Source: Isurus oxyrinchus
Taxonomy: Eukaryota
DNA length: 64,000 nucleotides
Reading direction: 5' to 3'
Assembly: GCA_026770705.1 (NCBI GenBank)
Contig: JANJGN010000242.1
Location: 186,001-250,000 of the forward strand
Shown: piece after piece, positions 50,401 through 63,552 of the stretch
Layout of the letters: the number at the start of each line of letters is the position of its first letter
Numbering within the stretch: the first letter of the stretch is position 1
Position numbers and translations under genes: made by a program
Notes under the pieces: generated by a model
Database searches by the model: none
Told to the model about the DNA's origin: nothing
The model's input: only the letters and a program-made list of their open reading frames with translations

Positions 50401-53209
50401 TGATTTACATATCCAGATGGACGATGTGTGATGACCTGGGAGGTGATCATTGTCATGCTATATATACATGGTCATTTGCTCTTACAGCTGCAGATTTGCA
50501 AATGGCACCACGTGCTCTCCATTCTCGCTGCGGCATGATTGATGTCTTTCGGGAAGATCAGACAGGTTTGTGTACAAGAACACCAGCGATAGAAGCAGCA
50601 GAAGACCATGCAGCACGCTGAGCCAGCTCATCGGTTAAATGAAATCATGGCTGATCCTGGGATTCAATCCACTTTCCGCCGGGTCCACTTATCATTTGAT
50701 TCCCCGAGACGTCAGAAATCTGTCTCTCCAAATCTGAAATCTTCTCAACAATGAAATATCCACAGACCTCTGGCTATAGAATTCCAGAAATGCACTAACT
50801 TCCTGCTGGTCTCCATCCGAAATGATCGCTCTCTTATCCCGAAGCTGCTCCCGGAGTCTTTAGATTTTCCAGCCAGTGGGAAAATCCTCCGCATATCTAT
50901 CCCGTCAAGCCCCTTGAAAATAGTACTTGTTTCCATGAGATTACCTCTCATTCTTCTAAATCCCTGAAAATATAAGACGAAGTTATATCGCCTTTCATCT
51001 TTGGGCAATAAACATCACACTTCAGCAGAATGGGACTGTGGAAACGTAGACATATCACCTTCAAACTAGCAGTATTTCAGACATAAGTCGTTTGGTTCTT
51101 CTCCAATTGCATACATCCGACACATCCTGTTTCCTAAACATCCTCCCGTGGAATCCTAACGAGCCAACTTAAACGATGTCACATTGTACCTTTCAACACA
51201 GAAAGATAATTAGTATGTCTACTGTATTTAGAGGAAATGCCCTGTAACATGATGCAATATCCAAAAGTTGAGTGCCAAATACTACAAGTAACCTCGAGGC
51301 CTTCAGCTGTTATGTCCTAAGCTCTGTTACATTCACTCCCTAAAACACTCCGCCTCTCTACTGCTCTCTCTTCCTTAAATCGTCCCTTAAAGCTATCTCA
51401 TTCTCATTCTTTTTCGTCATTTGGCATAATTTCTCCTTATGTGGTTGGATGTCAATTTTTTCTGTATCACTATCCTGTCACGCGTTTGGGCCACTTTTTT
51501 ACGTTAAAGGCGCTACATAAATGCAGCCTATCCGTGTTGTTTATGTTGAAACGTATATGACATTGAAAAGCTATTAATCATTGATTTGGTTGTCTTCTAT
51601 AAACGAGGGTGAAGTATCAAAAGCCTGTAACATTCACGGCCTCCTTCAGCTTTACAATGTTAATTTTGTTTTTTCTCTCAGTTAACACGCCTCATGCCTG
51701 CCCAGGAAGAAACCATTCCGGACACTGTCACATGGCAGAAGTCACGCCATGCCCCCTCCCTCCACCCTGAGCTTGGACACAGATAATTCCCCATGGTCTC
51801 CTCCACATCGGGTAAGGGGAGACTGAGGCTCAGAAAGCTGTTACTTCATGGGTGACGGATTGTGGACAGGGTAGGATGAAATTGCTGTGATAATCTCGTG
51901 CGATATCAGGGGCAATTCAGCTTCACAGATCTGGAGTGAGGTTGATACATTTTTGTACCTTTGAAAGGGTAGACGATGGCGATGGCGTAGTGCTATTGTC
52001 GCTAGACGTGTAAAACAGGGAACCAGGGTAGTTATCAGGCGACCCGGGTTTGAAACACGGCACAGAAATTTGAATTCAATAAAAATCTTAAATATCGAAA
52101 TCTGATGTAGATTGTTGAAAAATCCCACCTGGTTCACTAATGTCCTTTCTGACCTTTTCTTGTGATTCCATGCCCACAGCAATGCGGTTGACTCTAAATC
52201 GCCGAACAAGCCACTACAAAACCGAACAGCACTGTAGGTGTAACTACACCACATGGACTGCAGCAGTTCAAGAAGGCACCACTACCTTCTCAAGGGCAAT
52301 GAATGCTGGCCCAGCCAGCGAAGCCCATATCGAGGTTTTGCGTCATTGCAAAAATGTACGGCTTGAAGAGCGGATTATAAACCTATAAGTATACTCTACT
52401 AATCCATAACAGAAAAAGAGAGCGAGCGTATTGTGATGGAAGTAAAGGCCCGGCGCCGTCTAATCCATGCACATGTTACTTTAGTGCACTGATATCTGAG
52501 GGAAAGCCAGTGTCATGATATCAGAGTCCAAGTCTTTTGAACATTGAGGATTATTTTATCAAATTCATGTAATGATTAGAATCTTCTCCATCTGCCGTGC
52601 GTCTGTGTACACTTCAGACTGATATACTTTTCTGTTTTCCATGAGCTGTCTCTGAATCAGTGGCAAACCAGCAATGCTAGTTCCAGTTTAGTGGCTGGAA
52701 TTTGTTTTGTTCATGGGAATCATAAATTATTGTCCAAGCCGGGGGTCTTCTCCCTTGCACCGGGAGGGCTGAGGGGCAACCAGGTAGAGGTCTTTAACAA
52801 TGTTGAAGCTGTTTCATATGCTAGTCGTTCAGAGGATTTTTTCACCTCTGGACGATGTAAAAACGATAAATATAAAGAACGGAACTGATGAGAAACTGAA
52901 CTACCCAGAGATTTTTTGTGATCTACAAATCAATTTCACAAGGAGGGATTAGGTGAATAATCTCGATGGATTTAAAGAGAAGCTAATTGACCTCGGAGAC
53001 AGATTGCTCTCTAATTGATTTGAGGGACAGAAGTCTGAAATCTGGGGCCTCTGCCCTGGACCAATGGGAAATGCCCTGTGGGGCTGTTCTGTCCGGGAAG
53101 CCGCCCTATTCGAACTTTCGAGTGGGCGGATGGAGCAGCCACACATTGCTTTAGTGAGTAACTGCGCTACTGTTTTTGTACGGGGCAGGCACGCAGCTGT
53201 GCAGCTGTG

Positions 53210-53649
53210 TATCTCAGAGCACAGTGATACAGAGCTCCATCTGACAGCTCCGCCCAAGATATTCTCAGCCAAACGGTGCTCTCTGCCCAGCCGTGATAGT
53301 AAACGCTCCAGGGCGAAGTTGGCTGGGACGGTGCCCTATGGCCTAATATCCAAGACGTTCGCCGGTGCATGTCCCGGAACCTGCCGGTACCAGTTAAGGT
53401 AAAGGGTTGTATCTATTGTTGGAAAACTGCAATTCATCGTCACCGATTCCCCTTTCCGCACCGTTCTGATCGAATTGTCCACATGCACAAAATCGGTGCC
53501 AATGCCGTGGGGGCTGCACGATAAATTGGGAGATTGAAAATAGCCGTCTCATTAGGTGCACCAATTAGTGATATCCATACTTGGATACCGCATGAACGTA
53601 CACAGCAGAGATAGGGCAAAGCCAGGCTGAAATAAACAGCAAAACTCAT
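53210..53649 (-). pseudogene. TCR Valpha/delta pseudogene with leader and 23-RSS
   Basis: Leader MSFAVYFSLALPYLC. V reads RKGESVTMNCSFPTIDTTLYLNWYRQVPGHAPANVLDIRP*.../AESTVWLRISWAELSDGALYHCALR. RSS CACAGCT-23-ACAAAAACA (53209-53171). Confidence 0.92.
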
Positions 53650-54955
53650 CGCCGGCTGCGGGTCACAATGTCAGAATCCAGACCTTTTCCGCGGGGACAA
53701 ACTGTCGCCAGCAACGGGCTGACGTATTCTCAGTTTATTAGTCTTTCGTGGGACGTGGGCGTCGCTGGTTCGGTCTGCATTTTCCGTCCATCCCTAATTA
53801 CCCCTGAGAAGCTGGTGGTGAGCTGTCTGTTTGACCTTCCTGCAAGTCCCTGTGCTGTAGCACTAAACCTGAGACAGAGATAGAAAGGGACGTGATTCTA
53901 CAGCCATGTTATGTTCGGTTTTGACAGTGTCACATCATCAGGGAGCAGGCGGAATCGTGAGCTGCAACAACAGAATTGACGCCCCACGCCAGTATTTCGA
54001 GATGCACTGTAAACGATTTCATTCCCCACTCCCCATCCCACCTCACCCCCCAACAATTTAATCACAAAGGACGCGTTTAACGTTAGCTTAGTGGGGCACA
54101 GATAAAGTTGTCCGGGAAAGAATTAGGATTGGCTGTACTCAGTGAATTGACAAATTCACCCTCCCCTTTGGTGATTCAACTAATTCTTCTATCGGTGATG
54201 TTACAAGGGACTGAGCCTCAGGCGGTATTAAAGAAGGTTATGCAGGTGGAGCGGATCCTGGCGGATTTGAACACGGTTTGCTGTCAACATGCCGAAATCT
54301 TCCATTTGGAGGAAATCAATGCGAACTGACTTGAAGGCTTGAGCAGAATGAAAGGGTGCGATCAGCAGATGGCCTCAACTATTCTTGGATTAGAGGCTTA
54401 TCAAAGTATTGACGAGGCATTGACATTAGTAGTGCCTAGATATTGTAAAATATAGCACGGCTTCAAATGAATGCCTCTACTTTCGAAATTGTTGATTTAT
54501 TGCCATTCTTCCAGGAATGAAATAGGACATTCACTAAATTATCTTGGCAATATGCAGCTCATAACTAGTGGGTAAAGCCTCTGCCTGACCTCTGGTGACG
54601 GCCTCGTGTTACTACAATAGCGCTCACGTCCACAGAACCAATCACTCCCTCCCAAATGAACCATAACCAAACCCGTTCCTGAGCCGAGGACAGACGGAGC
54701 TCACAGAGCCTGAGCTCTGCACGCACAGCTTGGAGAGTTTCGGGAAAGGAAGGATGAAGTGAAGAGATGAAATAAAATCCATTTTTTCCCGAGCCTATTT
54801 ACTTAAATATCACGCCGTGCATTTATTCGACCACCTGCATATCCTTCCGGATGTTTTCCGCTCTCTTTTCACATCACAGATCAGATTCAGCGAGAGGAGG
54901 TGAGAGTCCGTTGCTGGTTTTTTGCACGGGCTGTCTGTGCTTGCGGACCAGTGTG

Positions 54956-55266
54956 GGGCCCAGCGCCCAGTGATCTGCCGCAGAGTCACAAAGCCAAGCC
55001 GCAGCGACTTTTAAAGGCACCGTTTTCTCCTCTTGGATCAAGTCAGCTGTAAGCCTATCTGAGAAATCGGGAGACCGACCTCCGGATTCCGAGCTATATC
55101 TCTTCAGTAAATATCTCGGGGGTTCTCCGGGATGCTGGATGTACCAGAAGAGAGTGGAGACACCGCGTGCTGTCAAATATTTGCAGTTTACTGTGACGGT
55201 GTGTTTGTCCTTCCTGCATTGGTCACTCAGGGTGATCGTGGGACATCGAATCTTTTCCATTCGTCC
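54956..55266 (-). pseudogene. TCR Valpha/delta pseudogene V exon (second Cys lost) with 23-RSS; candidate leader at about 56075-56129
   Basis: TVTVNCKYLTARGVSTLFWYIQHPGEPPRYLLKRYSSESGGRSPDFSDRLTADLIQEEKTVPLKVAAAWLCDSAADHWALG (YYC>DHW). RSS CACACTG-23-GCAAAAAAC (54955-54917). Confidence 0.92.
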
Positions 55267-55390
55267 CTGTAACAAGAAAACAGGAGGCGAGAAATGTCCA
55301 GGAGTGAATGTAATGCATGTAGCACAAACTGTTTATTTCACAATAGGTGCGGTCATTATTATCAGAATTAAACAAAGGGAACAACATGAT

Positions 55391-56010
55391 AAAAACAGAA
55401 TTACCTGAAAAAACTCAGCAGGTCTGGCAGCATCGGCGGAGAAAAAAGAGTTGACATTTCGAGTCCTCATGACCCTTCGACAGAACTTGAGTTCGAGTCC
55501 AAGAAAGAGTTGAAATATAAGCTGGTTTAAGGTGTGTGTGTGTGGGGGGGGGGGGGGGGGGGGGGGGCGGAGAGATAGAGAGAGAGAGAGGTTGGGGTTG
55601 GGGGGGGGATGTGGTTGTGTGGACAAACAAGCAGTGATAGAAGCATATCATCAAAAGATGTCAGTGACAATGGTACAAAAGAACACATAGGTGTTAAAGT
55701 TAAAGTTGGTGATATTATCTAAACGAATGTGCTAATTAAGAATAGATGGTAGGGCACTCAAGGTATAGCTCTAGTGGGTTTTTTTATATATATATATTGG
55801 AAATGGGTGGGAAAAGGAAAATCTTTATAATTTATTGGAAGAAAAAGGAAGGGGGAAACAGAAAGGGGGTGGGGATGGGGGAGGGAGCTCACGACCTAAA
55901 GTTGTTGAATTCAATATTCAGTCCGGAAGGCTGTAAAGTGCCTAGTTGGAAGATGAGGTGTTGTTCCTCCAGTTTGCGTTGCGCTTCACTGGAACAAAGC
56001 AGCAAGCCAA
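55391..56010 (-). mobile_element. Penelope-like 3' fragment with 13-bp target-site duplication
   Basis: LGLLLCSSEAQRKLEEQHLIFQLGTLQPSGLNIEFNNFRS*. GGAACAACATGAT at 55378-55390 and 56011-56023. Confidence 0.85.
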
Positions 56011-56916
56011 GGAACAACATGATGACAGCTTTAAACTTCCAAACAGAATAGGCGAAGGATTTCAATATGCTGACCCTGCAAGGCAGATATGGAATAGTAA
56101 ACACGGCTCAGAGGCAGGCTTCGCTTCATGAAAGACAGAGAGGCGTTTTCCATGGACATGATTGGCTTGTTCCTGAGTCTAACGTCAGCTGAACACCAAT
56201 CATATTAGTTTTTACTTCATTCATGGGATGTGAGCTTTGCAGGCTGGGCCAGCATTTATTGCCCATCCCTAATTGCCCTTAAGAAGATTGTTGGGAGCTG
56301 CCTTCTTGAACCGCTGCCGTCCATGTCATGTCGGTACACCCACAGTGCTGTTAGGAAGGTAGTGCCAGGATTTTGACGCAGTGATACTGTAGGAACTGGC
56401 ACAGAAATTACTTCCGTCACCCTGCGAACTCTTTATTTCACTGTTTTCCCCCTTTGCTCCTGTCCCGCTCTCTTGTTCTATATCTCTCTGCCTCTATTTC
56501 TTTTTGTTTTGCCTGTCTTCCTGTCAAACTCAGTTTCTTTATTGATGAACAGATTGTTCGACCCATGGTAAACCTGAAAATTGAAGAGATTCCAATTAGT
56601 CTCTCACCTGGTATGAATGAAATTTCTCCGTCTATGAACACCATTAATAGTTACAGTCATAACGCCACCAGGAATATCATAATTGAACGCTTCCTTCTAA
56701 CTGCAATACCGATACACTGAGGGTAAGACGCAGTGAGCTGATTCCAGGTGTCAATATATCTGTACATGCGCCAGCAGCCACCTCAGATCCTAACGGTCTC
56801 AGAGCAGCACTGGGGAGGCAAGGAGGTGAGGGGGGAGCGCCTGAGACACTGAGAGGAGATGATTGAGGGTGAGTATTAAACCGGGTGAACTCCCTTTTAC
56901 AGGATGACCAGAGAGG

Positions 56917-57370
56917 ATGTGGTTACTCAGCATCTGAGTTGTGTGGGCAACATTTCTGACAGGTAATTACTGACTCAACACATTCTAATCAGAGGGACAG
57001 TCGCAACGTGAATAATGGCACTAAGTCAGAATGCTCATTCGGTGAGCCAGTGCGGACACAATGGGCTGCTTGCAACCGCTTCTTAGCAACTTCTACAACC
57101 ACTACCCGCTCGCGTTTAGACAGGAGGAGAAGGGGTAACTTTCAACTGTATCAGGACGCTGCATGGGCAGTCCGGGCATTATTCCGGTAGTGGAATGAGC
57201 CAGAAACGCAGCCTGACTTCATCCCGTGGACGGTTTCTTAGGGTCATGATTGCAAAACAGATTCTGTTAAAACACGATTCTCTGCCGAGATTCAGGCAGC
57301 AGCTGAATCCACCATCCTAACCATCGCTATTCTGTCACTGACTAACACTGCCGTGTCTTCCAGCACTCGC
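56917..57370 (+). pseudogene. TCR Vdelta/alpha pseudogene, inverted paralog of the 63.5-64 kb V
   Basis: Leader MWLLSI*VVWATFLT G|GTAATT (56917-56962). V reads LQPLPARV*TGGEGVTFNC.../LFR*WNEPETQPDFI...KTDSVKTRFSAEIQAAAESTILTIAILSLTNTAVSSSTR. A CR1 fragment sits where the RSS would be. Confidence 0.85.
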
Positions 57371-57860
57371 ACTTTAAATCTGTGCCCTCTCACCCTTGAC
57401 CCTTTTAAGAGTGGGGACAGTTTCTCCCTATGTGCTCTGTCCAGCCCCCTCATCGTTTTGAACACCTCCATTAAAACTCCTCTTAGCCTCCTCCTCTCCA
57501 AGGAGAACAGTCCCAATCTCTTCAATCTATCTTTATGGCTAACGTTTCTCATCCCTGGAACCATTTTTGTACACCACTCCTGCACCGTCTCCAAAGCGGT
57601 CACATCCTTCCAATAGTGTAGCCTCCAGAACTGTACCCAATACTCCAGCTGATGTCTTATATAAGATCATCAAAATCTCCTTGCTCTTCTACTCTATGCC
57701 CTTATTAATAAAGTCCAGGATACTGTCTGCGTTATTAACTGCTCTCTCTACCTGTCCTTCCACCTTCATTAATCTGTGCACATATACACCCAGGTCCCTC
57801 TGTTCCTGCACACCCTTTTGAATGGTATCCTTTGTCTCTCCATGATTCGCCTAACAAAAT
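57366..57860 (-). mobile_element. CR1 fragment
   Basis: ALETVQ...RLKRLGLFSLERRRLRGVLMEVFK...RGHRFKVR. Confidence 0.85.
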
Positions 57861-58668
57861 GTAAGGGCCAATGGCTTCATTCTGTGCGGTAATGATACTG
57901 GGATTCTGTGAATGTATCGGAATCGCTCATCATTATTACCGTGACTATCATCTCATACTCCGAAGCAACATCATCATCATTTTACCTGTAATGAAAGTCG
58001 GGCAGGGGGAAATACATTTTTGCTGGGAAGGGAGTGAGTGGTTATTACTGGGAGGTGATATATTGATGAGAAGAGGTGCCAAACAGTTCCTTATGATGCA
58101 GTCAGAGTCAGCGACGCAGGGTATGCTCTGTGGGAAGGAGGAATACAGATCACCGCCACACTACACTGCTCCTCAAAACGGAACCAAAGAAGGCAGGCGT
58201 GCGGAAATTTCCAAAATAATAAAGCGGAAGCAATGCTGACCCGAAGGAGAAAAACAACGAGGATACCGCAGGAAGAGTGAGTATACGAATGCTCAATCTG
58301 TAAGAAACTGTATTCAGTAATAATACCTCATTTGAATACTGTATAAGTCTGCATGTTTGCAAAAGGCACGTTAGTTTCGCGTTGACTGCCTGTCTGGGGC
58401 AGGCAAGACAGCGACAAGAATTGAAGAATTATATTATTCAACTGCATCAATGGATTGTGTTGAATACAAGGGTTGAAGTCAGCTTTGGGTCGAAGAAACA
58501 CCTTGCACAGCTTATTTACACAGAGATCACGTGTGACATTATGTACATTTTGGAACGTAAGTGGATAGATCTGAGTTCAAAGCAATTTTGCCAGAATTGA
58601 TATTGAGCAAAGTTCAGTCTGTGTTTGTGGATGCGCGGGTCGCGAAAGTGGGAAACTGTGATCTCTCA

Positions 58669-58684
58669 CTGCCACCTCGTGGCC
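58669..58684 (-). promoter_or_regulatory. Candidate CTCF-binding site
   Basis: GGCCACGAGGTGGCAG matches the CTCF core consensus. Motif match only. Confidence 0.5.
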
Positions 58685-60802
58685 GGGTTTAAAATACATT
58701 TTTTGACCTGATCTCACAGAACACGGTTATCTCGGAGTAATTTTCTGTGACACCCTCCGCGTATTATATAGCCTGAGAGTAGAACTTCTTTAAAGGGAAT
58801 CTCCAGCATTGACAATAGAATAATATTAAATGCTTCGCTTCGATTGTCCCATCTCAAAGACTGCCCCTTTTCAGATGTCAACATTGGTGTCACTGCTGTT
58901 CCCATTCCCAGCTGTGAACAGAAGGATTTCGCTCGGTTCCCCGCTCCCTGAACTGCCCTCATGAACCGGCGAACAACCAGGCTCAGCGCTGATTGGATGG
59001 ATGGTGGAACAACGGAACGGTCAATTCATCCGATGGCACCTGCTGTCTCGGCCAATCGGCATGTCACCCAACATCGCCCCATCTCTGGACGGTCAGGCAT
59101 TTAAATTGAATCCAGCGAAATGAATCATTGGAAACGTTGGAGTGGAAAGAAAATGCATATCTTGACCATGTGGAAACTGTAGATACCTATCATGTTATCC
59201 GACACCAGTTAAACTGAAGGAAAATCTAAGCTACCTTTATAAATGCTGGGATTGTCGCTGTAGGTCGCGTAGTTCAAATCGGCGAGCAGAATCTCCGATT
59301 TTCCAATCGCCATTTCATCTGATTATTTTTATGCCCTGTGACTGTTGATATAGGAATCGACATTCACCATCAGCATCAACACAAAGCTTCTCCCTATAAG
59401 TGGGAAACTGAAAATCCCCCACAGATGCACTGTCTGTTTTCACCAGGATCCGCACGGTGTGTAATTTCTCATCATCTCCGCCAGAGGACGCCATCGTCAC
59501 ATGTTTCTCACTCCTCCCTCGGGAATGAAGTTAAGTTGTCAGTGGCTTGTGGAAAGCCAAAGATTATGAAACCTGTTTAGAACAGGTGTTTAGCTGGTGT
59601 TTGTCGGATTCAAAAAAACAAGTGTTTTTGAACTCAGTCTTTTTTAGCTCAAAGTTGCAGTGAAAATGCGCCCGACCACACTGAATAATTAAGGCTCCAA
59701 AGCAATTAAAATTGAATGCCCTAAAAGCATGTTATTGACACATATCGAACCTAAATTCTGAAGTATAGCATCATGAATGAAGTCATATCCATACGAACAT
59801 ATGAATGAGGAGCAGGATGAAGGCACTCGCCCCTCAAACATCCAATAAATTGTTCAAACTTGATTTCCCTTTCACAAAACCATGTGGACTGTGCCTGAAT
59901 GCCATGAATTTTCTAAGTGCCCAGCCATAGCACCTTTGAGAAACTCAGTTGCAAACGAACGAATTGGTTCTCCCGTGTTACTAACAATGGTTTCATTCCC
60001 ATGTGATTTTCCTCAGCAGAGTCGATTGTTTCCTGATTGTTTCGGGCGGTCATTACAGAACTCAGCAGATAAGAGGGAGAGGAGCTTAGATACCAGGCCG
60101 TGAAATTACCAACGGTGAGATAATGCCGGTAATACCTTATCCCAAATCAGTTAAAAATATATATTTAAAATAAAGCCGAAGATTTGCAGTCCATTTCACT
60201 CACTGTCACTAGCAGAGCGAGGCGATTGACACGAGGTGGAAGTTATTTATCATTATGTTGCGATTCACAAGAGGATAATATTACTCCAGCCTCTGTAGAA
60301 AATTTCTCTGAAATTCGTCCCGGCCTCACGAACTCACTATCTTGTAAGAATTAAGTTCAAGAGGAAATCCATAACGCAGTATTCAGACTTCAGAGGAAAC
60401 GTGAATTTCATGGGATAATTAGGTTAAAATTCCAGATCAGCCGTCACACAGCGGCATCAAATGCACACACATTCAGTAAAATGTCCGAATTGACGCAGTT
60501 GACTATAATCCTACAATTAAGCAATGCTGGAGATGTTCTCACATCGAAGGCTGCACTCAGTGAGTGAGTGTTTCTCCCCTATTGGATATTTTATGCTGTG
60601 ACTGTCACGAACTCTGATCATAGACGCTATCTGAAGGGTTTTATAAAGCTAGCGGCAGTACCGCACACAGCTGCAGTTTGCTGCTCTCTTTCTGACCCGT
60701 CTTGCCTGCCCGATGTTATTGGAAAGGTCGCTGCTGCTGTTCCGGGACTGTAAACAGGAGGGAGGTTTTTGTACCGTGACTGCCGCCTTTCCTCTCAGTG
60801 TG

Positions 60803-61186
60803 GGGCTCTATCGCACGGCAATACATAGCGGTATCCGCGCTCTCCGTCTTCTAAATAATCAACTGGCCCCGTTTGTCCGCAGTGGAAAGTTTCAATTCGA
60901 ATCGGCCCTTTCTCTCTTTGCCAGCCGATATTCGCTTTATTATCCACCCCAGCCGCATTACCGGATTTCTATTTGTGCCAGTACATTCCGTCAATGCTGG
61001 ACCTGTCATAGCTGCAGTTTATCTGCACCGAATCCCATTTCTGGATTGTTTTCGCTGGGGGAAACTGGGACACTTGTTACGAGCGACACCGATCTGTAAA
61101 AACATTCAGGCAATGAGACATTGGAGAAACATAAGTATACATAGACACTTTCTGCAGGTGACAGAGAAAACCCCTAATACTTGCAT
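60803..61186 (-). pseudogene. TCR Valpha-like pseudogene with leader (61141-61186) and 23-RSS
   Basis: S*QVSQFPPAKTIQKWDSVQINCSYDRSSIDGMYWHK*KSG/LGWIIKRISAGKERKGRFELKLSTADKRGQLII*KTESADTAMYCRAIE. RSS CACACTG-23-ACAAAAACC (60802-60764). Confidence 0.92.
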
Positions 61187-63513
61187 GGTAGCAGCACTGG
61201 AATGACAGGGAGTAGATTCATTTGCACCGCGTAACGCATCCTTGCAATTAAAGTGCCAGTAGGAAAAGGAAGCCCAGCTCACATCAGCAGAGCACAGAAC
61301 GTCTGAACGACGTCAATAGTCGGTTAATGTAACAGCTAGATATAATGTTTCAGTCACGTGGTTCAGCTGCTCTTGGATTGGTTGGAAATAGACTTTGTTC
61401 TCGTGACGTAGGCATGTTGTTTTTGACCCCCTGCTCCTTTGGCCATCGGTTCACGTCGGATCATGACATTTGTCGAAGCGCCAGGAATTTCCTTTACTCC
61501 TTGTGGCGGGAAGTGAACGGAACAAAACAACTTTGCGACTCTGACTCTCTAAAGGGACAAACTTGGCCCCCAGGTCTTTGTAGCCATTTGAAACTCTGTA
61601 CAAAGATTGCCTTAAGGAATGAGGGCAGCCCGTCTTTAAAATCCGATCTTTTCAGTTCTCGTGCTGGAATTGTACATTCAAACTCCCATAGCTGTAAGAT
61701 TTCTGAATCTGGATCGGGAAAGAATTGAAGGACAAAGGCATTGGCGCTTTTCGGTAATTCATCATACCTCTGTGTACAGCTGCTGGAAACATTGCCCATT
61801 CAGCTGGTTCATACCCTCACAGCCAGGGCGCGGAATAGAACGGGTTCTAGATAACAGGAAGGGAGCGAAAGCTGGGCATGAAAGTCGGCCCTCGCGGCTT
61901 TTACATAAATTAGCCAAAAATGTGATGCAGGAAAAGAAACCAAATGCAGTGCGGTGCCAGTTTATCCTTTTCCCTTTTACCTTTGATCTCCAGCAAAGAC
62001 AGGGCTGATGCGACGTGTCAAAGAAACTTTTTCACACAGCGAACAATTCAGGTTTATAGTTCAAAGTCTGGAAGTGTGGTGGAGGCAGGTCCTATTGGGG
62101 CAATGAAGGCGGCATTGTGTGATTATTTTACTGGAAACAATGTGCAGGGTTATGCGGAAAAGACAGCAGATTGTCACTGAGTTCAAATGCTCAGAGAACC
62201 GTTGTAGACACGATGGGCCGAATGGCCTCCTTATACGCCGTAACATTTCTGTAATTCTGTGATATCAGATATCAGCGTGTGTCTGCTGTTTAGATCTTAT
62301 ACTGTTTTCTCCGTCTTCCAGACCAGGTGTTCAGCTGCTCTGCCCATTGCCTGATATTGGACGGAATGCCTTCTATATGATGAAGGCGTCTGAGTGATGA
62401 CTGTTGTCCGATGTATTTGAGGCATGAGTCCTCAATTCAGAGACAATTGGCGGATAAATATTTTTTTATTTATGGTCCAGGGCCTGATCCAAAGAACAAA
62501 CATTCACTTCAGCTGCTCTCTGCTGCCTTTTCTGAGGAACGATCAGGTGTCGGTGGACACAGTGTGAGAAATTGTCTTTGTGTTCAATCGCCTGTCTGCA
62601 CTTTCTCTTTAAGGGAGTTCTGTTGTAACGGCACTTGGCTCATATTCGGGTCAGAAATAAAAGGTTTGCATCGTCACATTAAGGGCTAGAATGAGAGACT
62701 GTATAGGATTGTAGATACAGTGAGGGGTCTGGGGAAAAGGTGAGACTTTCAAGCATGTAAAGAGCATCGATGGCGATTAGATGATTTAAGGCGCTCCTGA
62801 TGTCTTTGCGAAGTTGATTTATACTTGAAATGAAAGTTGAAAATGTCAGGTAATATATTTGTGCTGATGCACCTTGTGTGTTTCCCTTGAGTGTTTTGTT
62901 CTTTTGCCCCGTTAACAAGGGCCGGGTTACTCTCACTCTGGAGGGTGAATCACTTGTGCTGTTCCTCTTTACCGCCGTGAGAACTAATTGGAATTCTCAA
63001 TGTGGGTCTCTTTCCCGGTAAGTTACAGCTATAGCAAATCCAATCTGTGAGCTTTAATCACCTCTGCCAGCACATCAATATTGGGCATAAAAAGGCGGAA
63101 TTATGATAAGTGAAAACATTTTAAAAGCTGCCATCTGTTAATTTGAACAAAGGCAACAGCATTATCAGATCTGTGCGATAAATAGACCTGCCAGTTTTGT
63201 CTGCTGTGATCTCTGGATCAAACCCGTCGCTCAACAAAGCTGGCGATATTGCAAAAACAGTGATGATTGGTCAGGTTGTCTTCGGATATGGTTTCTTTCC
63301 AGGTCTGTATGACCGATCGGATTCTGCAGTTTGTTTGATTTTCCCGGCCGCTCCTGGGAACAGTTGGATGACTGTTTGATCCGAGGTTATTGTGGCTTCC
63401 TCTCGCTGTGTGTGTCTGAGCGGCTGACAACGCCGCTTCGCATTGTAGCTTCATCTACCCGCGATTCTACACAAACCTCAACAGACAGGAGCTCTCACTA
63501 AGAGTGCAAAGGC

Positions 63514-63552
63514 AGTTTTTGTACAGGGGTGAGACTGATTTGCATCACTGTG
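63514..63552 (-). promoter_or_regulatory. 23-RSS of the intact V
   Basis: CACAGTG-ATGCAAATCAGTCTCACCCCTGT-ACAAAAACT. Confidence 0.97.
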
